From an uncultured Verrucomicrobiae bacterium (lineage in GTDB: Bacteria > Verrucomicrobiota > Verrucomicrobiia > Chthoniobacterales > Chthoniobacteraceae), in the NCBI GenBank assembly GCA_963769025.1, contig CAVYKI010000002.1:256001-320000 (forward strand): 64,000 nucleotides of DNA, written 5' to 3'. Shown here in pieces: positions 23,297 to 33,861 of this stretch (positions are counted from its first letter, which is position 1; each line of letters starts with the position of its first letter). The translations under genes and the position numbers were made by a program. The notes under the pieces were generated by a model that had not been told where the DNA came from, did not search any database, and worked only from the letters and a program-made list of their open reading frames with translations.

Positions 23297-24871
23297 ATGA
23301 GAATCATTTCCTCCGCCATTTGCTGCATCGCGTTGCTCGTTATCGCCGGTTGCGAGAAAAAGTACCAGCTCTCGGAGGATCGCGGAAAAGCGGAGCATGT
23401 CGTGGTGATGGTGTGGGACGGGATGCGGCCCGACCTCGTGAGCGAGCAGAATACGCCGAACCTCTGGGCGCTCGCGAAGCGCGGGGTGTTCTTTGCGAAT
23501 CATCACCCGGCGTTTCCCTCCACGACCGAGGTGAACGGCACGGCACTCGCCTCCGGCCTGCAGCCGGGGCGGAGCGGCATCATCGGCAACCGCGAATACC
23601 GCCCGGCGATCGACCCGCGCAAAGCCGTGGCGACCGAGGAACTCGAGGTGGTGCGCAAGGGCGACGAACTCACGAACGGAAAACACATCACCGGTGCGAC
23701 CGTGGCCGAGACGGTGCAGCAGGCGGGCTTCCGCACCGCGGTGGCGGGGACGAAACCCGTGGCGATTTTGCAGGATCGCTCGGAGGCGCGCACATCGAAG
23801 GCGGCGCGCGAGTCGGTCGCCGTGTATTCGGGCAAGAGCGTGCCCGCAGCCGCGTTGGCGGAATTGAGCAAGGCCCACGGCGATTTCCCGACGCCGATCA
23901 AGTTTCCCAACACCGCCCAGGATCGCTGGACGACGGACGTGCTTACCGGAGAATTATGGAAGGCTGGCGTGCCGAAGTACTCCGTCGTCTGGATGAGCGA
24001 CCCGGATTTTTCCCAGCACTTCACCGCTCCCGGCGCGCCGCTGGCGCTCGATGCCCTCCGCCGCTCGGACGAACATCTCGGCCTCGTCGTCGCCGCGCTG
24101 AAGGCGAGGGGCGTGCTCGACAAGACGGACATCTTCGTCGTCTCCGACCACGGCTTCTCCACCGTCACGCAAAACGTGGATCTCGCGCAGCTGCTCACCG
24201 ACGCGGGGCTGCGCGCGCGCAGGGTGTTCAATGCGCCTCCGGAGAAGGGCGACATCCTCATCGTCGGCACCGGCGCGACCGCGCTGATCTATGTGACCGG
24301 CCACGACGCGGAGACCACCGCGAAGGCCGTAAGCGTGCTCCAGGCCGCGCCGTCGAGCGGCGTCATCTTCACCCGCGAACCGGCGGAGGGGACATTCCCG
24401 CTCGCCGCCGCCGGGATCGATTCAGCCGATGCGCCCGATGTCGTCGTGGCTCCGCGCTGGAGCGCGGAAAAGAACGAGTTCGGCGTGCCGGGGACGCTGG
24501 TTTACGACGCCGGGAAGAAACTCGGCGCTGGAATGCACGGCTCGCTGAGCCCCTTTGATCAGACGAATACGCTCATCGCCGCCGGGCCGGACATCCTCAG
24601 CGGCGTGCGGAGCGAACTGCCCTCGGGGAACATTGACGTCGCGCCCACCGTGCTCTGGCTCATGGGCATCCGCCCGCTCGCGAAGCTCGATGGCCGCGTC
24701 CTTTTCGAAGCCATCCGCGATCGCAAAGCCGAAGGCGCGAAGCCGGAGGAGAAGCGCATCGAGGCCGCGCGCGACCTCGGCACCGTCCGTTGGACTCAAT
24801 ACCTCCGCACCGTGACCTATCAGGGCGCGACCTACTTCATCGAGGGCAACGGGGAGCAGGTCGGGAAATAG
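23297..24871 (+). CDS. Alkaline phosphatase / nucleotide pyrophosphatase family lipoprotein
   Basis: Lipobox IAGC, VWDGMRPD, FPSTT, DPDFSQH, VVSDHGF, GMHGSLS, DVAPT. Confidence 0.85.
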   Translation: MRIISSAICCIALLVIAGCEKKYQLSEDRGKAEHVVVMVWDGMRPDLVSEQNTPNLWALAKRGVFFANHHPAFPSTTEVNGTALASGLQPGRSGIIGNREYRPAIDPRKAVATEELEVVRKGDELTNGKHITGATVAETVQQAGFRTAVAGTKPVAILQDRSEARTSKAARESVAVYSGKSVPAAALAELSKAHGDFPTPIKFPNTAQDRWTTDVLTGELWKAGVPKYSVVWMSDPDFSQHFTAPGAPLALDALRRSDEHLGLVVAALKARGVLDKTDIFVVSDHGFSTVTQNVDLAQLLTDAGLRARRVFNAPPEKGDILIVGTGATALIYVTGHDAETTAKAVSVLQAAPSSGVIFTREPAEGTFPLAAAGIDSADAPDVVVAPRWSAEKNEFGVPGTLVYDAGKKLGAGMHGSLSPFDQTNTLIAAGPDILSGVRSELPSGNIDVAPTVLWLMGIRPLAKLDGRVLFEAIRDRKAEGAKPEEKRIEAARDLGTVRWTQYLRTVTYQGATYFIEGNGEQVGK

Positions 24872-24901
24872 CGGACCGCCGGCGCACCGCCCGGCGAGCA
24901 G

Positions 24902-25693
24902 TCACGGCTGCGAGTGTTGCTTGAAAAACTTCACGATGAGCGCGGGCGCCTCGCTCGCGTAGGCGTGCGTGCCGGGATGGATGAAGGTCACGACCGGCGC
25001 ACCGATCTTCGACGGGTAAAGCGTGCAGCCGGTCACGCCTTCCCACGGCTGGCCTTCGCCGCACTCGTTGAGTTTTCGGACGGCTTCGATGGTGTTTTTC
25101 TGCCAAGTGAACTTCACGAGCGGATCATTTTCTCCCGCAATGTGAATCATCGGCTTGGGCTTCAGCATCGGCCGGTTTCGCATCGCGGCCACGGCGGACG
25201 GTGCGAATGCGGCGAATTTCTCGCCGCGCGTCATCCACAGCAGATAGCTGAATCCGCCGCCATTCGAGTGACCGGTCGAATAGATGCGCTTTGGGTCCAC
25301 TTTGAAATCCGCCTGAAGCGAGGCGAGCATCGCGTCGAAAAACTTCAGGTCGCGGTCGCCCTGGACGCCGGGTCCGTGCTGCCAGCCCGGCTTTTTCCCC
25401 TCGGGGTCAGTGAGCTGGCCCGGCGTGTTCAGGCCCTGTGGATAGACGACGATGGCCTCGGGCCAAAGGGTGTGAATGTGATACATCCGGGCGGAATTGT
25501 TCATGTTCCCGCCGTGGCCGTGAAAGCCGAAGACGACGGGCGTCGCCTCGCTTTTCGCTTTCGATGGGACCGAAATCAGCGCCTCGCGGGCGACGCCATC
25601 CACGGTCCATTCGCGGCGGGCGAGGGGATCCGCTGTAGCGGCGGCGTTCAATGCTGCGAGGACGAGGGAGAGGAGGAAGACGGGTGATTTCAT
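24902..25693 (-). CDS. Secreted alpha/beta hydrolase (LpqC/PHB-depolymerase-type esterase)
   Basis: Signal peptide, FHGHGG, VYPQG, GHSNGG nucleophile, GENDPLV, GTH. Confidence 0.82.
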   Translation of the reverse strand: MKSPVFLLSLVLAALNAAATADPLARREWTVDGVAREALISVPSKAKSEATPVVFGFHGHGGNMNNSARMYHIHTLWPEAIVVYPQGLNTPGQLTDPEGKKPGWQHGPGVQGDRDLKFFDAMLASLQADFKVDPKRIYSTGHSNGGGFSYLLWMTRGEKFAAFAPSAVAAMRNRPMLKPKPMIHIAGENDPLVKFTWQKNTIEAVRKLNECGEGQPWEGVTGCTLYPSKIGAPVVTFIHPGTHAYASEAPALIVKFFKQHSQP

Positions 25694-25751
25694 GCGGTGT
25701 GAAACTCCGGCGCGCTCCGGAAGTCTGGCCGTCGGTGAGTTGCTGCGAAAT

Positions 25752-27950
25752 TCATCTCACCTGCTTCGCAAGCTCCGTGCAGCCCTGGATGTCGAGCTTG
25801 CCGCTGGCGAGCACAGGAATTTGCGGCACCTGCAAAATGTGGCGGGGAATCCAGAGATTTGGCAGCCCGGCGGCCGCGAGCTTTTCCCGGAGTTCGTTCT
25901 GCGTGATCTCGCGCGTGGTGAGCACGACGAGCGCCTCGCCCTTCGCCTCGTCCGGCGTACTCGAGATGGCGACGACACGCTCGCCTTCCGCGCTGAAACC
26001 GAACGATTCGACGATCTTCGCCTCCACCGTCTCGTGCGGCACCATCTCGCCGGCAATTTTCGAGAACCGCGACAACCGTCCTTCGATGAACAGGAATCCA
26101 TCCTCGTCGAACCGCGCGAGGTCGCCCGTGCGGAACCAACCGTCACGGATCACATCCGCCGTGCGCGCGGGATCATCGAGGTAGCCGTCGAAGACATTCG
26201 GCCCCTTGAACCACAGCATTCCCTTTTCGTGCAACGAGAGCGGTGCGTCCGTCTCCGGGTGGCGGATTTGCGCGGCGAGGCCGGCGACGAGCTTGCCCGA
26301 GGAGCCGCGGCGGTTGGTCGCCTGTGAGGCATCGGCGACGCGGTTCGGCAGATTGAACGAGGCGACCGGGGATGTCTCCGTGAGTCCGTAGCCCTGCATC
26401 ACCTCGATGCCGAAGCGCTCGGCAAACACCTCGGAGAGTTCGTTGGGAAGCTTCTCCGCGCCGGTGACGAGCAGCTTCACGCTGCGGAACTGCTCCGGGG
26501 TTGCGCGCTTCAGGTAGCCGCGGAGGAAGGTGGGCGTCGCGAGGACGAGCGTGGCTCCGTGGCGCTCGATCAGCGCCGCGCACTTGGCCGCTTCGAGGGG
26601 GTTCGGATAGGTCACGATACGCATTCCCTCGATGACCGGATACAGCAGGCAGACGGTCGAGCCGAAGCTGTGGAAAAACGGGAGCGCGCCGAAAATGACG
26701 TCCGCCGAAGCGGGATCGAGCATGTCGCCGAACTGCCGTGTGTTCGCGAGCAGGTTGCGGTGGGTGAGCGCGACGCCCTTTGGCTCGCCGCTGCTGCCGC
26801 TGGTAAAGAGCAGAAACGCTTCGCGCCGGTCGCCGTCGCGCGGAATCCCGGCCAGCAGCCTGAGCACGCCGGCGGGCAGGATGCGCGAGAGCAGGAACCA
26901 CTTCACCGCGCCACGCCTTATCTGCGCCTTCAGTTCGTCGAGCAGGAGGACGTTTGCGGGCCACGGGAAATCCTTCAGCTTTCCGCGCATCGCGCCCGCT
27001 GTGATCGAGGTGCCGATTTCCGCCTTCCGGATGGAAGCCCGCAGCGCCGCTTCGCCGGCCGTGAAGTTCAGGTTCACGGGGATTTTCCCGGCGAAAAGCA
27101 CCGCGAGATTCGCAATCACCCCGCCCGCGCCGGAAGGCAACACGATGCCGACGCGTCGCTCCGGCACCTGCTCGCGCAAGATGCGCGACAGCGACAGCGC
27201 GGCGGCGAGCAGGCGGCCGCGCGGGTGTTGCGAGCCGTCGAGCCCGTCGATGAGCGCGATCGTCGATGGGGCTTTCATCAACCCGCGAAGGCAGGCGTCC
27301 GCGATGTGTCCGCGCAGGGAGTCGCGCTGCTGGTAGCAATACTCCCCAAGCTCGAGGAAGCGCTGGCGCACCGTCGCCGTGTCCGCATGCCGGGATTCCA
27401 TCGCTTCGCCGAACGCGACCGTGACGGGGAACCGGAACCGGACCGGCCTTTTCCAGAAAAAGCGTCCGCCGCGAAACGAGAAGACGCTGTCCCATGTCTG
27501 GTCCATCCACACCGGGACGACCGGGCACTTCGCCTGCCGGGCGATGATTTCGTAGCCTCGCTGGATGCGCAGCAGGGTGCCGCTCTTGGAGAGCTCGCCC
27601 TCGGGAAATATGCAGACGATTTCGCCGGCCTTGATGCGTTCCACGGCGATGCGGATGGCGTCCTTGGCGCGCGTGTTGGAAATCGGGATCGCTCCGATGA
27701 AATTCAGAAACGGCCGGAGGATCGGCGAATAGTAGTACGTCTCCCAGATGACGAAGCGGATCGTGCGCGGGCACGCGAGCTGGAGCAGGATGGCGTCGAT
27801 CCACGTGAGGTGATTCGGCAGCATCAGGAAACCGCCCTCCGGCAGCCGGTCGATGCCGTGCGCGGTGACCTTGTACGGGATCCTGATGATTGCCGTGAGG
27901 ACTTTGCGGATGAGCCATTCGGCGAAAGGGGGCGTTTGTTGCTGCTGCAC
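25752..27950 (-). CDS. aas: Bifunctional acyltransferase / acyl-ACP synthetase (Aas-like)
   Basis: PlsC motifs NHLTWID and IFPEG; AMP-binding motifs FTSGSSGEPKG, GYGLTE, TGD, RFSKIAGEMV, SGKLD. Start uncertain (GTG 27950). Confidence 0.8.
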   Translation of the reverse strand: MQQQQTPPFAEWLIRKVLTAIIRIPYKVTAHGIDRLPEGGFLMLPNHLTWIDAILLQLACPRTIRFVIWETYYYSPILRPFLNFIGAIPISNTRAKDAIRIAVERIKAGEIVCIFPEGELSKSGTLLRIQRGYEIIARQAKCPVVPVWMDQTWDSVFSFRGGRFFWKRPVRFRFPVTVAFGEAMESRHADTATVRQRFLELGEYCYQQRDSLRGHIADACLRGLMKAPSTIALIDGLDGSQHPRGRLLAAALSLSRILREQVPERRVGIVLPSGAGGVIANLAVLFAGKIPVNLNFTAGEAALRASIRKAEIGTSITAGAMRGKLKDFPWPANVLLLDELKAQIRRGAVKWFLLSRILPAGVLRLLAGIPRDGDRREAFLLFTSGSSGEPKGVALTHRNLLANTRQFGDMLDPASADVIFGALPFFHSFGSTVCLLYPVIEGMRIVTYPNPLEAAKCAALIERHGATLVLATPTFLRGYLKRATPEQFRSVKLLVTGAEKLPNELSEVFAERFGIEVMQGYGLTETSPVASFNLPNRVADASQATNRRGSSGKLVAGLAAQIRHPETDAPLSLHEKGMLWFKGPNVFDGYLDDPARTADVIRDGWFRTGDLARFDEDGFLFIEGRLSRFSKIAGEMVPHETVEAKIVESFGFSAEGERVVAISSTPDEAKGEALVVLTTREITQNELREKLAAAGLPNLWIPRHILQVPQIPVLASGKLDIQGCTELAKQVR

Positions 27951-28077
27951 GCCTCGGGAAGTAGCGGGATGCCGACGGGGCGGCAAGCAGGGTGTCCCGG
28001 CAAATGCCGCGAAATGGCCGCGCCCGGAATTCAGGGTGCGCCGGTCGCCACGCGCAGGGGAGCGGCTGCTCGCCGCG

Positions 28078-28997
28078 TTATGCGCCCTTTGGCGGAGTCG
28101 CGGATCGTTTCCAGGAACGCGGCACCGGTTTGTCGCCGGGCGGTTTTCCGTTGAGCTGCGGCGTGAGCCACTCGAGGCCGTCGAGATTGTCGAGCAGCCG
28201 CGCCTCCGCGTCTTCGCCCGTGTGGTTCAGGATTCCGACGGGGCCGCGCCAGCCGCTGTCGCGGATCACTCTCAGCAACTGGAGATCGAGTTCGCCCTGT
28301 GCGAGCGGGAGGATCTTGTCCCCGGCCCGGTCTCCGCCGCGCGTCATGCCGTTGAGGTTCAGCGCGAGCAGGTGCGGCTTCATCTTTTGGAGGAGCTGGG
28401 GAAATCGATCGAGGTGCCCGTGTCCGTGGTGCAGGTTGTACACGAGACCGACATTCGGCAGTCCGAGCTTCTCGATGATTTCGATCTGGTTCTCCGGTTC
28501 GCCAAACCACCCGCCGTGATTGTAGAGCGCAACCTTCAATCCCTGCGCCGCCGCGGCCTCGGCGATCGGGCGGATGCGCGCAGCCTCCTTTTCGACGCGC
28601 TCCTTCTGCTCCGCCGCGTCCTTCGTCGGCGCGCCGCCGCCGCTCACCCAGAGCTGCGGCTTCACGCCGTGGCGCTGGAAAAGGTCGAGCGTCTTCCTCG
28701 CCTCGTCGTTGAGCGATCCCGGGAAACCACCATGCCGTCAGCTCGATGTGGTGGCGTTTCAGCGCGTCGAGTTCCGCGTCCCACGTCGGGATGTGCTCCG
28801 CGCGGTAGTCGTAGGCGAATTTTTTGATGCCGAGCTTCTCCAGCATCGCGGCGCGTTCCTCCGGCCCGCGTTTCTTCGCGTCGAACGGAACGATGCACCA
28901 CGCGACGAGGTTGCTCTTTGTCAAAGAGCGCCGGTTCCGCCGCTCGTGCGGCGATGGCGAAAATGACGAGGAGCGGGAGGAGGGAGCGCAGCTTCAT
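28078..28997 (-). CDS. Secreted sugar phosphate isomerase/epimerase-type TIM barrel, frameshifted
   Basis: MKLRSLLPLL signal, NLVAWCIVPFD..YDYR, and VALYNHGGW..VYNLHHGH..LNLNGM lie in three frames. Indels near 28920 and 28720. Confidence 0.7.
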
Positions 28998-29053
28998 GGC
29001 GGAAACTTCCGCCGAAGCGCGTGCGGAATGCGAGCGCGGATTCGGCCCCCGCG

Positions 29054-29743
29054 CTACAGAATCTCCACGGCCTGCGCGTTCATCGCCCAGAGCGCCTCGG
29101 CGTATTTTGCCCCGCAGGCGGCGCCGCGGTAGCGGGCGATGTTTGCCTTCGCGATTTGCGCGGCGTCGGGTTCCGCGGCGTCGAAGGGCTTGTTGCGCAC
29201 GAATGCCATGAGTTGGCCGAGCCATTCCATCGCGGTGATCCAGGTGTCGGTGACGTTCACGAAGGTGTTTGGCTCAAAGCCGATGGTGTGGCCGGGGCCG
29301 TTGTCGTAGCAGTAGATTTGCCGCGGCACGCGCGCCTTCGGGTCGCCAAGAATCGGACCGGCCTGGCGCAGGGCGATCTTGCTCAGGGCCGAGGCGGCTT
29401 CGTGATCGGGATGGCGATCGTGGTGCCAGAGCATGAAGGCCACGTCCGGCGCGACCTCGGCGACGACACGCGCGACGGCCGTCTTGCTTTCGCGCGTCAC
29501 CTCGATGCGGCCCGAGGCGAAATCGAGGAACCGCGTTTCGATCCCGTGGAAGTGCGCGAGCTCCGTGCTCGTCTGGAGCAGTTCGCGCTCGCGGCCTTTC
29601 ACCGGCGCCCAGTCTGTGTAATCGCCGATGAGCGAGAGCACGACCACGCGGTAGTCCTTGCGGACGGCGTCGAGGAGGATGCCGGGAATGCCGAAGACGC
29701 AGTCATCATAGTGGGCGCCGATGGCGAGGAGGGTCTTGGCCAT
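29054..29743 (-). CDS. PIG-L family deacetylase
   Basis: IGAHYDD and HPDH motifs, YAEAL near the C-terminus. Confidence 0.85.
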   Translation of the reverse strand: MAKTLLAIGAHYDDCVFGIPGILLDAVRKDYRVVVLSLIGDYTDWAPVKGRERELLQTSTELAHFHGIETRFLDFASGRIEVTRESKTAVARVVAEVAPDVAFMLWHHDRHPDHEAASALSKIALRQAGPILGDPKARVPRQIYCYDNGPGHTIGFEPNTFVNVTDTWITAMEWLGQLMAFVRNKPFDAAEPDAAQIAKANIARYRGAACGAKYAEALWAMNAQAVEIL

Positions 29744-29790
29744 GCGAGGACGCTAGCGGGCAGGGCGGTGATTGCCAGCCGTGAAGCGCG

Positions 29791-30132
29791 TCAGTCGAAC
29801 CACTCGTCCTTTTCGTCGAATGCCGGGACGACGAAATTGAGCACCTTCATTTTTCCCACGGCGCGGTGGCGACAGCCGGGGCGGATGATGACTGTGCTCA
29901 GCGGCTTCACCGGGATGCGTTCTCCGTCGAGCTCGATCCAGCCTTCGCCCTCGAGGATCACGTAGGTCTCCGTGAGCCGCCTGTGGTAGTGCGTGCGGGC
30001 GTCGGCGGAAATTTCGACGAGGTGCGTGGTGGCGAGCGCATTTTCCGGCGAGGCAAACGCGCGTCGCGACGTGCCGCAGGGGCAGGGGACACCGGGGACG
30101 GAATCGAGCTGTGCGAATTCGTAGCGTTGCAT
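29791..30132 (-). CDS. Cupin domain protein
   Basis: CPCG N-terminus, HYHRRLTETYVILEGEG, PGCRH. Confidence 0.85.
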   Translation of the reverse strand: MQRYEFAQLDSVPGVPCPCGTSRRAFASPENALATTHLVEISADARTHYHRRLTETYVILEGEGWIELDGERIPVKPLSTVIIRPGCRHRAVGKMKVLNFVVPAFDEKDEWFD

Positions 30133-30220
30133 GGCGGGGAGCTTCCCAGCGGTGGGCGTTGGGAAAAGCGAAATCGCGCGGGGCTTGTCTTGCAGCCGCG
30201 CTGTCCCTATCCCGTGCCGG

Positions 30221-31381
30221 ATGTCCGCGGAAACGAAGTCCCTCTACAACGCGCGCAATTTTCTCCAGGCGCGTTGCACCCGCAACATCAGCCTCTGCGG
30301 TCCCGGCTCGGACAAGGACACGCGGCACATCGAGATTTCGCTCGCCGGCTCAGGCCTCACCTACGAGCCCGGCGACGCGCTCGCGGTGAAGCCGGTGAAT
30401 GACCCGCAGCTCGTGGAGCTCACTCTGGAGGCGCTCGGCTTTTCCGGCGATGAGCCGGTGAAGGTGAAGGACGTGGAGAAGCCCGTGCGCGAGGCGTTCT
30501 CCCGCGATTTCCAGATCCACTTCGCCGAGAAAAAATTCCTCGCGAAGCTCGCCGAAAAGGGCGCGGAGAAATTCGCGGCGCTCCTGCTGCCGGAAAATGC
30601 CGCCGCGCTTGCCGATTACACTTCCGGGTGGAACGCCTCGCGCGATTACGTGGACGTGCTGCGCGAATTTCCCGGCATCCGTTTCACGCCGCAGGAATTC
30701 ACCGACACGCTGCGCGGGCTCAACATCCGCCTTTACTCCATCGCGTCGTCGCTGAAGGCCCACCCGGAGCAGGTGGACCTCACCGTGGCCGCCGTCCGCT
30801 GGAACGCGCATGACCGCGCTCGCACCGGCGTGTGCTCCACCTTCCTCTGCGAGCGCTGGCCGGTCGGCGGCACCGCGGGCGTCTTCGGGCAGGTGCAGAA
30901 ACATTTCCGGATGCCCGAGAACCCGGACGCCCCGATGATCATGGTCGGGCCGGGCACGGGCGTCGCGCCGTTCCGCGCGTTTCTCGAGGAGCGCGAGGCG
31001 ACGGGGGCGAAGGGCAAGAACTGGCTGTTCTTCGGCGAGCGGCGTTCGTCGTCGGAGTTTTTCTACAGGGAGCAGTTCGAGGGCTGGATCAAGAGCGGCG
31101 TCCTCGAATGCCTCGACCTCGCGTGGTCGCGCGAGACCGCAGGGCGCAAGGAATACGTGCAGCACAGGATGCATGCGCAGGGGGCGCAGCTTTGGAAATG
31201 GATTGCCGATGGCGCGTATTTTTACGTCTGCGGCGACAAGGAGCGGATGGCCAAGGATGTGCATGAGGAACTCATCAGCATCGTCCACACCCACGGCGGA
31301 AAGTCGCCGGAAGACGCGCGCGCCTTTGTCGAGGAGGGCATGATGAAGACGGAGAAGCGCTACCGCCGCGACGTGTACTGA
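30221..31381 (+). CDS. Sulfite reductase flavoprotein-like FAD/NADPH module (CysJ-like, no flavodoxin domain)
   Basis: RLYSIASS, GVCSTFL, MVGPGTGVAPFR, WLFFGER, YVQHRM, YVCGD, RYRRDVY. Confidence 0.85.
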   Translation: MSAETKSLYNARNFLQARCTRNISLCGPGSDKDTRHIEISLAGSGLTYEPGDALAVKPVNDPQLVELTLEALGFSGDEPVKVKDVEKPVREAFSRDFQIHFAEKKFLAKLAEKGAEKFAALLLPENAAALADYTSGWNASRDYVDVLREFPGIRFTPQEFTDTLRGLNIRLYSIASSLKAHPEQVDLTVAAVRWNAHDRARTGVCSTFLCERWPVGGTAGVFGQVQKHFRMPENPDAPMIMVGPGTGVAPFRAFLEEREATGAKGKNWLFFGERRSSSEFFYREQFEGWIKSGVLECLDLAWSRETAGRKEYVQHRMHAQGAQLWKWIADGAYFYVCGDKERMAKDVHEELISIVHTHGGKSPEDARAFVEEGMMKTEKRYRRDVY

Positions 31382-31396
31382 CGCCGGGAGCGGAAG

Positions 31397-31594
31397 CTAC
31401 CGCGGCGCGGGGGCCTGGTCCGGCACCTTTGCGGGCGGCTGGGTCGGGTCGTGCGGGGACTCGGACCGGTGCTTGGGGCGGGTCGCGAACCAGAGGATGG
31501 CGATGCAGGCCGACAGCAGGCCGAGGATCACCGCCGCGGCCTTCATTCCCTCGGCCGCATTCATCTTTCTGGGGATGCGTCTTGGAGGATTCAT
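31397..31594 (-). CDS. Small single-pass membrane protein, 65 aa
   Basis: ATG overlaps the esterase stop (ATGA). One TM helix AAVILGLLSACIAILWF and a Pro-rich tail. Confidence 0.55.
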   Translation of the reverse strand: MNPPRRIPRKMNAAEGMKAAAVILGLLSACIAILWFATRPKHRSESPHDPTQPPAKVPDQAPAPR

Positions 31595-32365
31595 TTCCGC
31601 AACGGCAGCCATGCGATGGCGCGCTCGATTTGTTCGTCCCAATATGCCCAGTCGTGTGCGCCGGGGCCTTCCTCGTAGTGGTGGCGGTAGCCGACGGCGT
31701 CGAGGTGGCTGTGAAATGCGCGGCTGTCGGCGAGGATGTCATCCTCGGTGCCGCAGCTCAGGTACACCGCCGGCTTCGGGCCGGACGATTCCGCGACGCG
31801 CTTCGCGAGAAAATGCAGATCGCTCGTGGTGCCCGTGGCATCCGCGCCCGCTCCGGCGATGGCGCCCCATTCCGCCTTGCTGAATGCGCGAGCCCGCCTT
31901 GCCCGAGTCGCGCAGCCGGCGGACGTAGTCGAGCGCGCCGCTGAAGCTCGCGACCGCCGCGAACCGTTCCGGGTGCGCGAGTGCGAGCCGCAGCGCGCCG
32001 TAGCCGCCCATCGAGAGGCCGGCGGCGAAATTGTCCGCGCGCTCCGCCGACAGCGGGAAGAACTGCCGCATGATCGCCGGAAGTTCCTCGCTCAGGAAAG
32101 TCCAGTAGCGCGGCCCGCCCGCCATGTCCTGGTAAAAGCTCCGCGCGACGGCCGGCATGACGACGGCGAGATTCCGTTCCGCGGCGTAGCGCTCGATCGC
32201 CGTCCTCCGCGTCCACATCGTGTGATCGTCGCTGAGCCCGTGCAGCAGGAACAGCGTGGGATGGAGCGTGCCGCGTTCCGCCGGCGGTACCTGCGGGAGG
32301 AGCACATGCGCGGAGACGGAAAGCGCGAGCGTCTCGCTGAAGAAATGGCAGTCGAAGAAGGCCAT
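31591..32365 (-). CDS. Esterase (tributyrin esterase / S-formylglutathione hydrolase-like, CE1-type), frameshift near 31880
   Basis: LLHGLSDD and [10 protein letters not shown]; the C-terminal [14 protein letters not shown] is in a shifted frame. Confidence 0.85.
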
Positions 32366-32373
32366 CGCGCACG

Positions 32374-33788
32374 TCAGCCTCGCTGCGTCCTTGGCGTAGC
32401 CGAAGTAGCCGCGCTTCTTGATGAGGTCGCAGACTTCCGGCGGGACCATCGCCTCCCACGTTGCGTCGTGCGAGCGCGATGCGCTTGAGCACGTCGCGGC
32501 TGAAGATGGGCAGGCAATCCTCGTGGAAATTGTCCAGCGCCACGAAGCTCCCGCGGTCGTGGAGGTAGCCGTAGAGCTTCTGCAGATCCGGCGCGACCTT
32601 CGCCGTATCGACCGTGGAGATCGTGCCGGTGGTCGGATCCTGCAGCGGGTAAATGTAGAGCTTGAGCTCGTTTTTGAAGAGCCGGCCGAAGCTCTCCAGA
32701 ATGCCGCCGGGGAGCTGCGTGTAGTATTTCTCGTTGAAGAGCTCGAGCAGCGTCGGCACGCCGAGCACGAGGCCGATGCGCTCCTTTGTCATGCGGTTGA
32801 GATACGCGGCCAGCTTGAAAAATTCGCTGTAGTCGCTCACGAGCACCGTCATGCCGCAGGCGCTGAGCACGTCGGCGCGCGCGAGGAAATCGCGCCGGTC
32901 CATGGCGCCGGTCTGGAGCAGGTTCGTCATCGTCAGCTCCATCACCTGCACGACCCCCGTGTCCTTCATCCCGGGCTCCTTGGTGAATTTTTCAAATGCG
33001 CAGCGCATCATGTCCAGGTTCACCTTCGTGAGCGGCCGGAAGCTCCCGCGCTCGACGAGGACGGCCTTTTTGTAAAAGACCTCCGCCGGCTGGAGCACCT
33101 CGCGGTTCGGGCCAAACATCGCGGCGCCGCTCAGGCCGAGCTGCACGAGCTTCAGCGCCATGAGCCGGTTGTCCACGCTGCGGAATTCGATCCCGGAAAA
33201 CTCGATCATGTCGATCTCGACGCGCCCGGTCGTGAGCCCGTCGAGCAGGCTCTCCACGAGCTGGTCCGGCTCGTGGTGCAAAAAGAAGCACCCGTAGCAG
33301 AGGTTCACGCCGGTGATGCCGAGCGCCTCCTGCTGCGCCTGCGCATCGGTGTCGAGCATGCGCACGTGGATGATCACCTGGCTGGCCTCGTCGCGCGGAT
33401 GGCTCTGGAATTTCACGCCGAGCCAGCCGTGGCATTCGTTCGTCCCCTGGTAATTGCGGATGGCCACCGTGTCCGCGAATGCGAAGAACGACGTGTTGTC
33501 CCCGCGGATGTCGGAAAGCCGTTCGAGGTTCAGCGAAAACTCGTGCTCGAGCATCGCCTGCAGGCGCGTGCGCGAGACATAGCGATCGGCCGTGCCGTAA
33601 ATCGCATCGCTCACCGCCATGTCGTAAGCGCTGATGCTCTTCGCGACGGTGCCGCTCGCCCCGCCCACTCGGAAGAACCAGCGCACCACCTCCTGCCCCG
33701 CGCCGATCTCGGCGAACGAACCGTACCACCGCTTGTCCAGGTTTACGTTGAGCGCCTTCTGGTGCGTGTTCAGCTTTTCTTGCTCCAT
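32374..33788 (-). CDS. Conserved protein with CinA/PncC-like N-domain and nucleotidyltransferase-like C-domain; frameshift near 32470
   Basis: [36 protein letters not shown], and C-terminal [28 protein letters not shown]. 3' end approximate. Confidence 0.6.
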
Positions 33789-33861
33789 GCCCGGAGGCTG
33801 CCCCGGGAAAGCCGTGAATGTCTAGCCGGATGGCGAATGCGGCCTCTGCGCGGGCCGCGGA

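Noticed and set aside
31591..33788. Apparent fusion or read-through of the PncC/NadD-like gene into the esterase (ORFs 31758-33788 and 31739-32449)
   Set aside because: The region has indels, a TGA lies at 32374-32376 in a neighbouring frame, and the esterase has its own typical start ([10 protein letters not shown]). Most likely a sequence error.
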